Origin: Mayamaea pseudoterrestris
Lineage: Eukaryota
DNA: 64,000 nt
Assembly (NCBI GenBank): GCA_027923505.1
Contig: BROI01000004.1
Span: 868,001-932,000 of the forward strand
Direction of reading: 5' to 3'
The position numbers and the translations under genes are program-made. Shown here piece by piece: positions 35,121 to 44,988 of the stretch. The first letter of the stretch is position 1; every line of letters begins with the position of its first letter. The notes under the pieces were generated by a model, which searched no databases, was not told the DNA's origin, and saw nothing but the letters and a program-made list of their open reading frames with translations.

Positions 35121-35541
35121 ATTTATTAGATTCTACAGTAGTTTCGTCTTCGTCGTTGCAAGGTATACCGGTTGAGGCCAGTTTCATGTTCTTTGGCAAC
35201 CAAATGAAGCGATGATCGGATGGTGGTCGGCGGTCAGTCGATAATGTCTTTTCAATCCCGCCACATTTTGTATCTGAAACGTCCTTAAATCTGACCGGTT
35301 TTGAACTGTCACTGACGTGCTCCGTTTTCTTCGGCTCCACACAACGCACTCGTCGCTATCAAGTTGCAGGCTCCATCTACCTATCTCAGTTGTCACATCG
35401 TTGCAGTCGCGTACATGAGAATACTGATTTTTACTACAGAACAAATTCGGTAGACAAGACTTGTAGTCGTGTGATTTTCAGACTAGCAACTTCACGCTTG
35501 CTTAGCTATACTCCATCTTCCATCTGCCGACATCGGACATC

Positions 35542-38139
35542 ATGATAAAATTCTTTGCATTGGCGTTTACTCTTTGTCTCTTGACGCCCATTGACTCCTT
35601 TTCCATTCAGTCTGGCAATGCATGTCGATCGAGGATACCTTCCTTACTGCGAGCCTCCTCGTCCAAATCATCTCCTTACTATTCCATCGAAACATCCTTG
35701 ACAGGACCAGGCAATAATCCAGTTCATACATTGACCTTTCATAGTCTCCCTCATTCAGAAACTGATGAAGTACAGCATGCAAGCAACGACGACGAGGTCA
35801 TTCATCCATTACAGTCTGCAATAAGCAACACCCAAGCCATTGTCATTGAAACAGGCAAAATTGGTCGACAAGCAGCAGGAGCCGTCACACTCACAAGAGG
35901 TGATACCGTCTTGTACGCAACAGCAGCTCGCGAAAAGGACGCCAAGGAAAGTCTAGACTTTGTTCCACTTTCCGTAGACTACCAGGAGCGCTTTAGCTCA
36001 GCTGGTTTGACGAGTGGATCCTTTCACAAGCGCGACGGTCGACCCGCCGAGCATGAAATATTGACGGCCCGACTCATGGATCGGCCGCTTCGACCACTGA
36101 TTGCGCCGTCATGGCGACACGAAACGCAACTACTAGCGTGGGTGCTGAGCTACGATGGAGTCAGGTCGTGTGATACATTGGCTGTTGTCGCGGCCTCGAC
36201 AGCCATGTACTTGTCGGATATTCCACTGCTAAAGCCAGTGGCGGCGGTGCAAGTGGGAATGATGGAAATGGAAGCAACAAGTGATGCCAGCGGAAAGGGG
36301 TACAAATTCATTCTTAACCCGACGATGGAGCAAATGGAGTCATCGAGACTGAACTTGGTCATTGCCGGCACCGAAGAAGATGTCCTCATGATCGAGGGCG
36401 CTGCTGACTTTTTGCCAGAGGAAGTGTTCCTGGAAGCTATTGAATTTGGACAGGACGTCATTCGAGTGCTATGTCAGGGCATTCAGGAGTTTGCCGACGT
36501 CGTAGGGACTGAACCTAAAACGATGCAAAGCAGTGATGACTTGTCACAAACATTGGCAAACATACAGCAGCGCGTTAATGAAGTCATGACGGAGCAAGTC
36601 GATGCCATGTATAGTACTGATGGCGACAAGGCAGCCAAGGGGCAGCTCATGAGTGAGTGCTACGCATCTGTCATTGAAATTCTCGCAGACGAATTTCCCG
36701 GTCAGGAAGTGGCCATCAAGTCAGCTTTGAAGGAGCTGCTGAGTCGACGCATGTACTATCGCGCCAAGAAGGAAGGTCTTCGCTGTGATAATAGACAGCT
36801 TGATCAGATTCGCGATCTATATATAGAAGCTGGTCTTTTGCCCCGAGTGCATGGGTCGGCTCTTTTTACGCGAGGAGAAACGCAAACGATCGCCACAACA
36901 ACCTTGGGCGACGCTGGAATGCGACAAAAGATTGACAAGATTGACGGAATGACCGAAAAGCGATTTTACTTGCAGTATACCTTTCCACCTAGTTGCGTCG
37001 GCGAGACTGGTCGCGTGGGCGCACCTGGAAGACGTGAAGTTGGGCATGGAAATCTGGCAGAGCGGGCCTTGATTCCAACGCTACCTTCGGAAGCAGAGTT
37101 TCCCTATACAATCCGCCTTGAGTCACTCATCACCGAATCTCATGGCTCGAGTTCCATGGCGAGTGTTTGTGGAGGCTGTTTATCGCTAATGGATGCTGGG
37201 GTGCCGATCAAGCGGCCGGTGGCAGGTATTGCCATGGGTATGCTTCTTGACCACAAGGACAGTTCGTCGGACGAAGGCATTATTTTGTCGGATATATCGG
37301 GAACTGAGGATGCGCTTGGAATGATGGACTTTAAAGTTGCTGGAGACCGCGACGGAATTACTACGTTCCAGCTGGATATCAAGTGCGAAGGCTTAACGCT
37401 GTCAACTATGCAGAGGGCCTTAGAGCAAGCTCGAGTCGGCCGCCTACACTTGCTGGACGAAATGGAAAAGGCTCTGCCAGCAACGCGAGACCAATTGCCA
37501 TCAACAGTGCCGAAAATGGCTACCTTCTTTATTGCGCCAGATTGCGTCGGTAAGCTCATAGGTCCTGGAGGAAAGCAGATCCGTGCCGTAATCGAAGACT
37601 TTAGCCTAGTTAACCTGGACGTGAACGATGTGGGTCGCGTTCAAATGTCATCTTTCGACAGCTCCAAGCTCACAGAAGCCGAGGAATTTGTCAAAAAGCT
37701 CGTCGAGGCCAAGGGTGGTCCCAAAGAGAAGAAGGAACGAGCTGCGTATCAAGGCCCACCGCCAGTAGAGGGAGAAATCTATACTGGCAAAATTACTGGT
37801 ATCCATGCCTTTGGGGTCTTTGTCGAGATATTACCAGGTGCCGAAGATGGTTCATATCCCGGCTTGGAAGGTCTATGTCATGTCTCTGAGTTGGCCAAAG
37901 ACCGTGTCCGAAACTGTGAAGCATATATCAAGAGCATGGGCGTGGAAGAGCTCACCGTTAAATATATAGGGACAACAAAAGGCAAGGTTCAATTGAGCCG
38001 AAGAGCTACTTTTGATGATCGTAGTGGCAGTAGCCGAGGCCAGGAAGGAGATGCGCCGCCGAACGGTGCCCAAGGCAAAATGAGCGACGATGAAGCGGCA
38101 ATTATCGCGAAAGCCATCGAAAAGGTGGCCGAGCTATAA
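35542..38139 (+). CDS. PNP: Plastid-targeted polyribonucleotide nucleotidyltransferase (PNPase)
   Basis: Signal peptide ...IDS|FSI. Motifs IETGKIGRQAAGAV, HGSALFTRGETQ, RREVGHG, ESHGSSSMASVCGG and EDALGMMDFKVAG; KH domain (LIGPGGK) and S1 domain. Confidence 0.96.
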   Translation: MIKFFALAFTLCLLTPIDSFSIQSGNACRSRIPSLLRASSSKSSPYYSIETSLTGPGNNPVHTLTFHSLPHSETDEVQHASNDDEVIHPLQSAISNTQAIVIETGKIGRQAAGAVTLTRGDTVLYATAAREKDAKESLDFVPLSVDYQERFSSAGLTSGSFHKRDGRPAEHEILTARLMDRPLRPLIAPSWRHETQLLAWVLSYDGVRSCDTLAVVAASTAMYLSDIPLLKPVAAVQVGMMEMEATSDASGKGYKFILNPTMEQMESSRLNLVIAGTEEDVLMIEGAADFLPEEVFLEAIEFGQDVIRVLCQGIQEFADVVGTEPKTMQSSDDLSQTLANIQQRVNEVMTEQVDAMYSTDGDKAAKGQLMSECYASVIEILADEFPGQEVAIKSALKELLSRRMYYRAKKEGLRCDNRQLDQIRDLYIEAGLLPRVHGSALFTRGETQTIATTTLGDAGMRQKIDKIDGMTEKRFYLQYTFPPSCVGETGRVGAPGRREVGHGNLAERALIPTLPSEAEFPYTIRLESLITESHGSSSMASVCGGCLSLMDAGVPIKRPVAGIAMGMLLDHKDSSSDEGIILSDISGTEDALGMMDFKVAGDRDGITTFQLDIKCEGLTLSTMQRALEQARVGRLHLLDEMEKALPATRDQLPSTVPKMATFFIAPDCVGKLIGPGGKQIRAVIEDFSLVNLDVNDVGRVQMSSFDSSKLTEAEEFVKKLVEAKGGPKEKKERAAYQGPPPVEGEIYTGKITGIHAFGVFVEILPGAEDGSYPGLEGLCHVSELAKDRVRNCEAYIKSMGVEELTVKYIGTTKGKVQLSRRATFDDRSGSSRGQEGDAPPNGAQGKMSDDEAAIIAKAIEKVAEL

Positions 38140-38464
38140 TTATAGAAATTGCAAAAATGGTGTAAATTTAGTAACATTCATTCGATCGTAAGTGTCTTTT
38201 CAAATCCTTTCTGCCGCAATATGCCTGCATTCGAGTGTCAAGTGCTCGTGAACCAATACATCATTAAAACGCGTTGTGTCTACCGACCACCTTGAAGCTT
38301 GTGCCTCGAACAATGTTTGCAGGCGGAGTCCTGTCATCCTTTATTCAACAAATCATCGAGTCAGCGCGCAACGCCCGTCATGCCGCTCAAAGGAACCCAT
38401 GTGCCAAGGTCGTACCAACTAACATTTGGCAGCTAACCGTCTCGTGAAACATTCTAAATAGTAG

Positions 38465-39688
38465 TTATCTTCTGCATACACTCTGTGATATTTCAACTAT
38501 GTCGGGCAATGAGCTGACGGAGCTATCGTAAACTCTCCAAATGGGAGGAGGAGACGATGGCAATGAGCCGGGCGAATGAGGCTCCGATTGAGGCCGCTTC
38601 AGCGGCGGTGGCAGACTCGACGTTTGGTGTACGTGCGAAAACGGCGTCTCAACCGGAAAATGCGAGATTGTACCATATGGCGACTCTGGCGACATGGGCA
38701 ATGGCGCATGGCATGCGCTGGTCGGCGTGACTCGCTGCTGATGCTCATGACTCCGGTATTGAGACGACGATGCCATTTTTCCCTTTGGCTTTCGCCGTTG
38801 GCTTATACACGTTGGAATAGGCTGTGGTGTTGCTTTGCGAAACACATGTTTCAAGGACGGCGGCACAAATACTTGCTGCATGCAAATCGAATTGTTGGAT
38901 GCCGGCGTGGTTGATACCGACGCCAATGACTCGGAAACAACCGTCGGAGCAGCCGACTTGTCTTCCGTAAACACAGACAGTGATCCAGTGTCGCTCGTAT
39001 GCGAATGATTCGATGCATCCATTTCTCGAAACGCTTCAAGCGTCCTGTCAATGCTTTTCGTCACGCCAATGTCGTTCCACAACCCCGTCATGGAGTCTCG
39101 CACGAGAAAGCGACCAGGCGGCTTGGCAGAGTGAATCAAGTCCACAATGCTTCTCGCAAAATCTTGTCGTTGCTTTGTGGATAGACGAACGTAGGCGTCT
39201 CGATTCGCAGCCACCAGCGCCCGAAGGTTGCGATTACCCACGTGCTGGCTCGGACAATCACTGCTGCCGCCGCTTCGTTCGTGAGCTTGCTGCGTCCCAC
39301 GACTGCACAATACGTCGTTGCAATGAATGTGGCATGTTTCAATATTGTTCATTGGTAAAGACGATGCTTTGGAAGCTGCCTGCTGCGAGTCTTGTTCCGA
39401 AATGGGCATGAAAATGTATGATTCGTCGTCGTCATCTTGCTCGTAAACGCTAGAACTGCTTGCTGGAGGCGTGACGCAGCTCATGATGGGTGACATGATG
39501 CCGTGCATGAGCGTCTGCATGTTTTTGGGTATCGAGTAGGATGTGGTGGGTGACTTGACGGTGTTGTGGAATCGGTCTCGCCAATTAAATGTTGGAGAAC
39601 GTTCAGCGGACGATTTCATGTCAATAGACGAATTTCCACACGACAGTGGAGACTGATCTCCACATCTCCACCATGATTGTGTCGGCAT
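38465..39688 (-). CDS. DUF6824-like domain protein (family expanded in diatoms)
   Basis: DVLCSRG...HVGNRNLRALV...Y...IVDLIH...PGRFL...W motif. The start is uncertain: the frame is open to 40132, and ATG 39688 was chosen. Confidence 0.75.
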   Translation of the reverse strand: MPTQSWWRCGDQSPLSCGNSSIDMKSSAERSPTFNWRDRFHNTVKSPTTSYSIPKNMQTLMHGIMSPIMSCVTPPASSSSVYEQDDDDESYIFMPISEQDSQQAASKASSLPMNNIETCHIHCNDVLCSRGTQQAHERSGGSSDCPSQHVGNRNLRALVAANRDAYVRLSTKQRQDFARSIVDLIHSAKPPGRFLVRDSMTGLWNDIGVTKSIDRTLEAFREMDASNHSHTSDTGSLSVFTEDKSAAPTVVSESLASVSTTPASNNSICMQQVFVPPSLKHVFRKATPQPIPTCISQRRKPKGKMASSSQYRSHEHQQRVTPTSACHAPLPMSPESPYGTISHFPVETPFSHVHQTSSLPPPLKRPQSEPHSPGSLPSSPPPIWRVYDSSVSSLPDIVEISQSVCRR

Positions 39689-40563
39689 GCTTGAGCTTAC
39701 GTTTCGTTTGCTTTCCGTTTTTAGCGACAATACCGCTGGTGGAGGTGTGTGACTCGTGAGTTGATGATGAGCGAGCGAGCGAGCGAGCGACCCGAAGAAA
39801 ATGACAGTTATACAACAATCAAGCCAGAAAGTTTGTAGGCCAATGAATGTTTCCACTTGTCCAGGGTAACTAATTGATGTTTGAACCTTTCTTCTTGCAT
39901 TCTGGTGGTCGTGGAGAGGAAACATTTCGGGATCGTCGCACATGCGGGCATCAAAATTTCGTCGGAAACACGACCCAATGTCGGAGCGCGACTGCAAAAT
40001 GCTAGGAGCGACGATTCGACTTATTTTTATTTTTATGCTAGGGCAGTCTTTTACCGACCCTTTCGCGCAATTTACCTGTACTTGTACTACGGATATAGCA
40101 TCTTTCGTATCAATGGGTGCATAACATGCCATTACAGTAGCCTAAGCAGCATCTACTTCCAACAAGTGCACATGAAGATGCATTAAACACCAAATCATCG
40201 ACACGAACTTGTCTTGCTTCCGTTCCGGCAATTCACTTTGCCGCTACATGATATGCATCGCACATGAAGGCACTCACGTTTGTCATACCATCGAATATTT
40301 TTATACCCGGTTGGAGAAGCCTGCTGCGACTTGCCATGGGCCACTCGGTTCGATTACCGATTCAAGGTGCGAGAATGATAAATCGTCCAGTCAGTGTCGT
40401 AGATGAGCAACGCGCCATTCGAATCCGCAACATCATTATTGTGTGGCTAGTTTCATTCGATTTGGGGGAACTGATACAAATTATACTTTCCATTGCAAAC
40501 TTATATTATTTACAAATTCAATTCCTGCCCAAGCTCTACGGAAAAAGCACTAGCCAAACTCGC

Positions 40564-42756
40564 TTAGAAATTGTCCAAAAGACTTCCTACCATGCGGCCA
40601 CCAAGCTCCTGCAACTCCGCTTCCAGCTCCTCGTCACTATCATGCTCCTCCTTCAAGAAAGGATTGTCGGGCACCGTTTTATGCGTCGAATCCAAACACA
40701 TAGTGTTGTACGAGCGTGGCTGCGGCGCAAACTCACGCGAAGAAGCAGTGCCCAATCCTCCGTATGATCGCGATGGCGGCGGCAGCAATGCAAAAGTGTT
40801 TCCTGTATTGCTAGACTCCAGCGATGATGGACCTAGGCTAGGCGTGCCGACACCATTGCCATCTCGCTGCTGCGTCGGAATTTCGCAAGAAATTCCTGGA
40901 GGCGGCGGAAAGTCGCTGTATCGTTGCGGGCTTGGCGTTAAGATGCTGCTATTCCATACGGAAGGAGAATCAGAAGTGTGGATGTTTAAGTAAGACGTGC
41001 CCTCCGCCGCTGTCGAAGTATAAAAGCCCAAATCACAAGAGACGGGAGTTGCAAATGGCGAAGAAATTGCATTAATCTCATTTTCCTGCGATGGGCTTTT
41101 CCAAAGAGTATTCTCTGCATTCACACGCAAAGGAGAAATGGATGGTACTGGCGATGAAAGAGCCATGCGGACCTGGTTTGCCTCGAGATATGACGAAACA
41201 GGCGGATACTCCGATGCAAATGACAATATCTGCTTATTGTCGTTTGGCGGCGTCGGTGCAACGGGCAATCCAGGTGGAGTTGACACTGTGTTTCTTTCTT
41301 GCCAAACTCTCGACTTTGTAGGAATAGCCGTTGTTGCATGACTTGTCTTGCGAGCCTGTTTTCGTTCCAGCATTCGATGTGGTGTGACTGCTCGACGGGC
41401 TTGATTCGAACGGTGCGCAGTCGTTCTTCCAAGATCTAGCGCCGTAGGAGCAACCTTAAAGTTGTTCCTTGCTGATAATGACTGGTCCGCTGTACTCTTT
41501 GGCGGCGTACTGCAAATCGCCGCTCTACTGAATCCTGGTGGCGGGGGTATATCGACTGCTTTAGTTGGTGCTTGAAACCGATCGGATACGCATGAACTCG
41601 GCTGATATGTTGTTGTTGTCGTTGCTGCGTCGTTCAATGTAGGAAAGTTCGATGAATGCCAGGCTGATTGGGATGTGCTCGTTGCTCTGGCGTGCGTCTC
41701 AGCTGGTAGTTCCTTCGGGGATGACGAAATTTGTGGCTCGTTGGACAAATCGACAGACAATGGCGATATCCGTGCCGATTCATCCGACAGCGTGGGCAGT
41801 ACTTCGTCATTGTTTGATAGCTTCCTTTCATTAATAAGTAAGACGTTTGCAACAGTCTTAGCGAGTGGTTGTGACTGGAATGGCAAAGGTGGTGCATCAC
41901 GACAATCGATGGGCATGTATTCAAATGTTTGAACATTCTCTTGCCTTGCCGCAGCATGCTTATTCGAGCACGGCCGTAATCGATTGTTGACTTTTGGTCC
42001 ATGAGATTTCTTTCGCCTTCTCTTGCCATGTTTATGCTCGGTAGCGTCGTGATATTGAAGGTGCAGTTTAGGTCTGGGCGATAATGCCCTATGCAAAACG
42101 TAGGCAAAGCCAAAGAGCCCGATAAACACACTCGTTGCCATGATGGTAGAAAGAATGGTTCCAAAGTTATTGACGAGTATAGACCAGACCGTCGAAGACT
42201 CCCTAATCGCTATGACCACGCAATCGCTACGAGTGGAAGTAAAAAAGTGAGATTACCTGTACAGACCACGCAACTTCCTCCCATTCTCCACGTCAACACA
42301 ACTAAACATCAATGTCAATCTCACTCACCCAGCCCTTCGAAAAATAATCCACGTATATCCCTCTGGCTGTAGTACAATGGCGACGACTGTCAAGGATGCT
42401 AGGAGCGTCAAGGCTGGCGGCCATGCGTTGAAGTATTGCGGAAGGTCAATGATAAATTGCAGCGGCAACGATAGTAGTCGCAAGAGCTCAGCATGCCAAA
42501 CACAGCCAGCTGTTATAAAGGAGACCAAGACGGATGATGAAAGGGCTTCCCAAATGTCAATGTATGGAAGAGACAAAGCCATTGGCTGTTCTTCATTCGT
42601 GCATGATGTTTCCAACCCATCGTCGTCGTCATCATCATCGACATCTTCGTCCCAAGAAACGGTAGTCGTAGGCGATGCTCGTTGCAGCTCCTCAAAGCGC
42701 AAGATAGCATCAGAAGATTTTACCGCGTCGTCCGAGGCAAAGGAGGTGCGACTCAT
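40564..42756 (-). CDS. Hypothetical membrane protein with N-terminal TM helices and a long S/P/T-rich tail; exons 42756-42329 and 42226-40564 (696 aa)
   Basis: A GTGAGT...GTAG intron (42328-42227) joins ORFs 42325-42981 and 40564-42219 in frame. About three hydrophobic segments, a basic cluster KRRRKK, and a C-terminal ELEAELQELGGRMVGSLLDNF. Confidence 0.7.
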
Positions 42757-43025
42757 GGTGCACCGAGGTCGTTGCGAGCGTTGGTGTTCAGCACCAACAA
42801 CTACTCCAGCAATCTCGGCAGGTTTTGCGACGTTTCGCACTTTCAAGACTTTACAACGTTTCAACTGAAGCAAACAGTAAACGCGTAGGGCGAATTTACT
42901 AAAAAAAGAAAAGAGGCTGTCGTCACAGAGTTGATGCCGACCAAGAACTATGATGGCAATTGTTCCTCCGCGCATCCACACCAGGGTTTCGTCTCACATC
43001 GGGAATGAAAAGGAGTTTCATTCTC

Positions 43026-43129
43026 ATGACGCATTTTTCACTGCTTTTTGACGCATTTTCGTAGTATTTTGTAAAGCCTTTCATTATTACTTGTTTCATG
43101 CAATTGCCTTATGACGCACTTTTCACTGC
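43026..43129. promoter_or_regulatory. Repeated TGACGCAYTTTTC(ACTGC) motif in a divergent promoter
   Basis: ATGACGCATTTTTCACTGC (43026), TGACGCATTTTC (43049) and ATGACGCACTTTTCACTGC (43111). A regulatory function is inferred only. Confidence 0.45.
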
Positions 43130-43361
43130 GTGACAGAAGAGCGCGGTCTCACTCGACGTCGCCACCATCATGAGCGCAGCTTTTCAGCTAATTCCTTCGG
43201 TATAGCCTGTAGATCACACACTAGAAAGGGCTCTACTCGCTTGCAAGTGATTCAAGTGATTTGCAGTGTAGACATCTATATTTTCGTTCGAAAAACTAAA
43301 GTTACGAACAACTTTTCGACCTGCGCGCTTTTACATCGATAGGCCATCCGAAATCCGCATA

Positions 43362-44236
43362 ATGTCGGTTCTTCGCGACTGGATTCTCATGCCAACCATG
43401 TCTCCCCTTATGAATAACATATGTGTGTCGCAGTTGCATCTAATATTGTATAAAATTGCCTTCGTGAGGCTTTCGCAACGACGGAGCAATAGTCGACCTT
43501 ACAAAATGCATCACGTTTCGCGAGAATTGCTGCAAATATTGTCGGGAGCAAGCACCGTCATGCTTTGGCCACTGTATGATACGAGCGACGATTGGAGTTG
43601 GAGGTTGAATGTCATTCTTCCTTGCGTCGTGGCTGCGCGGCTGTCTTACAAGGTATGACATTATTATGATTCATTCGCAACAATGTGACAGAAGACAGAA
43701 GGCAGCAGACTCTTGCAGACGAAGCATCTTGGCTCACTCTGTCTTCTCCTTTTTACCTATAAAAGGGCTATTTTGTAGCATCCAGTGATGATGTGGAAGT
43801 GCAGCTTGTTTCCCGCAGTTCATCGCCTTCGGAACTGCTCTTTGGTCCGCTCCATTTTGCTCTCATCCTCGTTTGGCTCGGCTTGTACGAGTTTCGTACG
43901 CTTCATTCCGCAATCATTGTCGCCGCAGTTGGAATTGGAGACGCGCTCGCTCCAATTCTTGGGCATTGGTGCGGGAGACATTCGTATCAGTCGCCACTGG
44001 CTGCACGGAAGACCATGGAGGGAAGTTTATGTGGTGTTTTTCTCGGAACTGTGACTGGGAGTTACCTGTTTCTGTACGCAAATAGTTTGCCATTGCCGCC
44101 GCTGCGGATTGTGCTGGTATATGGCTTCTTGGCGGCTTTACTGGAGGGTACAGCTTGGAAGGGGATGGACAATATGGTTGTGGCCGTGGTCATGCACTTG
44201 GCCATTAACAAAATTCAAGATTGGATGCCAGCGTGA
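43362..44236 (+). CDS. Phytol/farnesol kinase-like (CTP-dependent polyprenol kinase family); exons 43362-43652 and 43766-44236 (253 aa)
   Basis: VSRSSSPSELLFGPLHF, GIGDALAPILG, KTMEGSLCGVF and GMDNMVV motifs; multiple TM helices; GTATGA...AAAG intron. Confidence 0.8.
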
Positions 44237-44353
44237 CGAGCCTGAATGCTAGTGCTTACCACGTCGTGTAGTACAATGCGGTGGGAGACTAATAGTTTAC
44301 TCTACCTTGACCACATTTACTCTACCGGTATATACGCTCGTCATTGCTTTCAC

Positions 44354-44626
44354 TTACACCCGCTCTGGCAATTGGGGAATCGAGACTTTACTCGTTAATT
44401 GCCCGGTTGCATCGCTACGCCCTTGTAGATAAGCATCGAACTTTGTTCTTACATCAGCGAGTCTCGTTGTTCGCTCTGTGCTACGAGCGAGACTATTTGG
44501 TAATGCAGGAGCATGCTGTTCAGTCGCCACTTGTATTTCGGTGGTACAAATTGGTTCTTCCACCGCCGCTGCGCAGCTATTGTCGGCAAGTACCATAGCG
44601 TCATTCTTCTGCACTAGGAGAATCAT
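44354..44626 (-). CDS. Possible small hypothetical protein (90 aa)
   Basis: ATG in a CAAAATG context, filling the gap between two + strand genes. No recognisable motif. Confidence 0.3.
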   Translation of the reverse strand: MILLVQKNDAMVLADNSCAAAVEEPICTTEIQVATEQHAPALPNSLARSTERTTRLADVRTKFDAYLQGRSDATGQLTSKVSIPQLPERV

Positions 44627-44988
44627 TTTGAAGAATGTTTCGCGGGAGGATGTGGGATGATTGCGAAGCGATTGCGGCTTGAAAGTCTGTCGTTAGAATC
44701 GGAAAACAATAGTAAACACTTGATCTGGCCGTCAATTGATGTTGGTCCTTTTCAGTTATTCTCTCGTGATGATGGAAGCTACAGAAACAACCTTACAAGA
44801 TGCATTCAAATGCAATCTTTAGAATGGAAATGGGTCGCTAGGTTCTTGCTCGCGTTCTTCGCGTGCCGTCACGACGTCATCACTGACACCCTACGTCACA
44901 CTCCAGCAAAAAGTACGCTATATTTCTCAATCCGGGTTTCAGACGTTCGGTACTGCCACCCCAGAACCGCGCAACACACAAATCCACC

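Noticed and set aside
38221..38240. ATGCCTGCATTCGAGTGTCA, resembling the 3' end of 5.8S rRNA
   Set aside because: Only about 20 nt with mismatches, and no flanking rRNA sequence.
39689..40132. 148-codon in-frame extension upstream of the DUF6824-like gene
   Set aside because: Composition looks like UTR or promoter sequence (GCTC repeats) with no protein features; the true start is unresolved without transcripts.
44869..44900. ACGTCA (aureochrome/bZIP-like) sites upstream of TPS and the elongase
   Set aside because: Hexamers occur often by chance and cannot be supported without enrichment or binding data.
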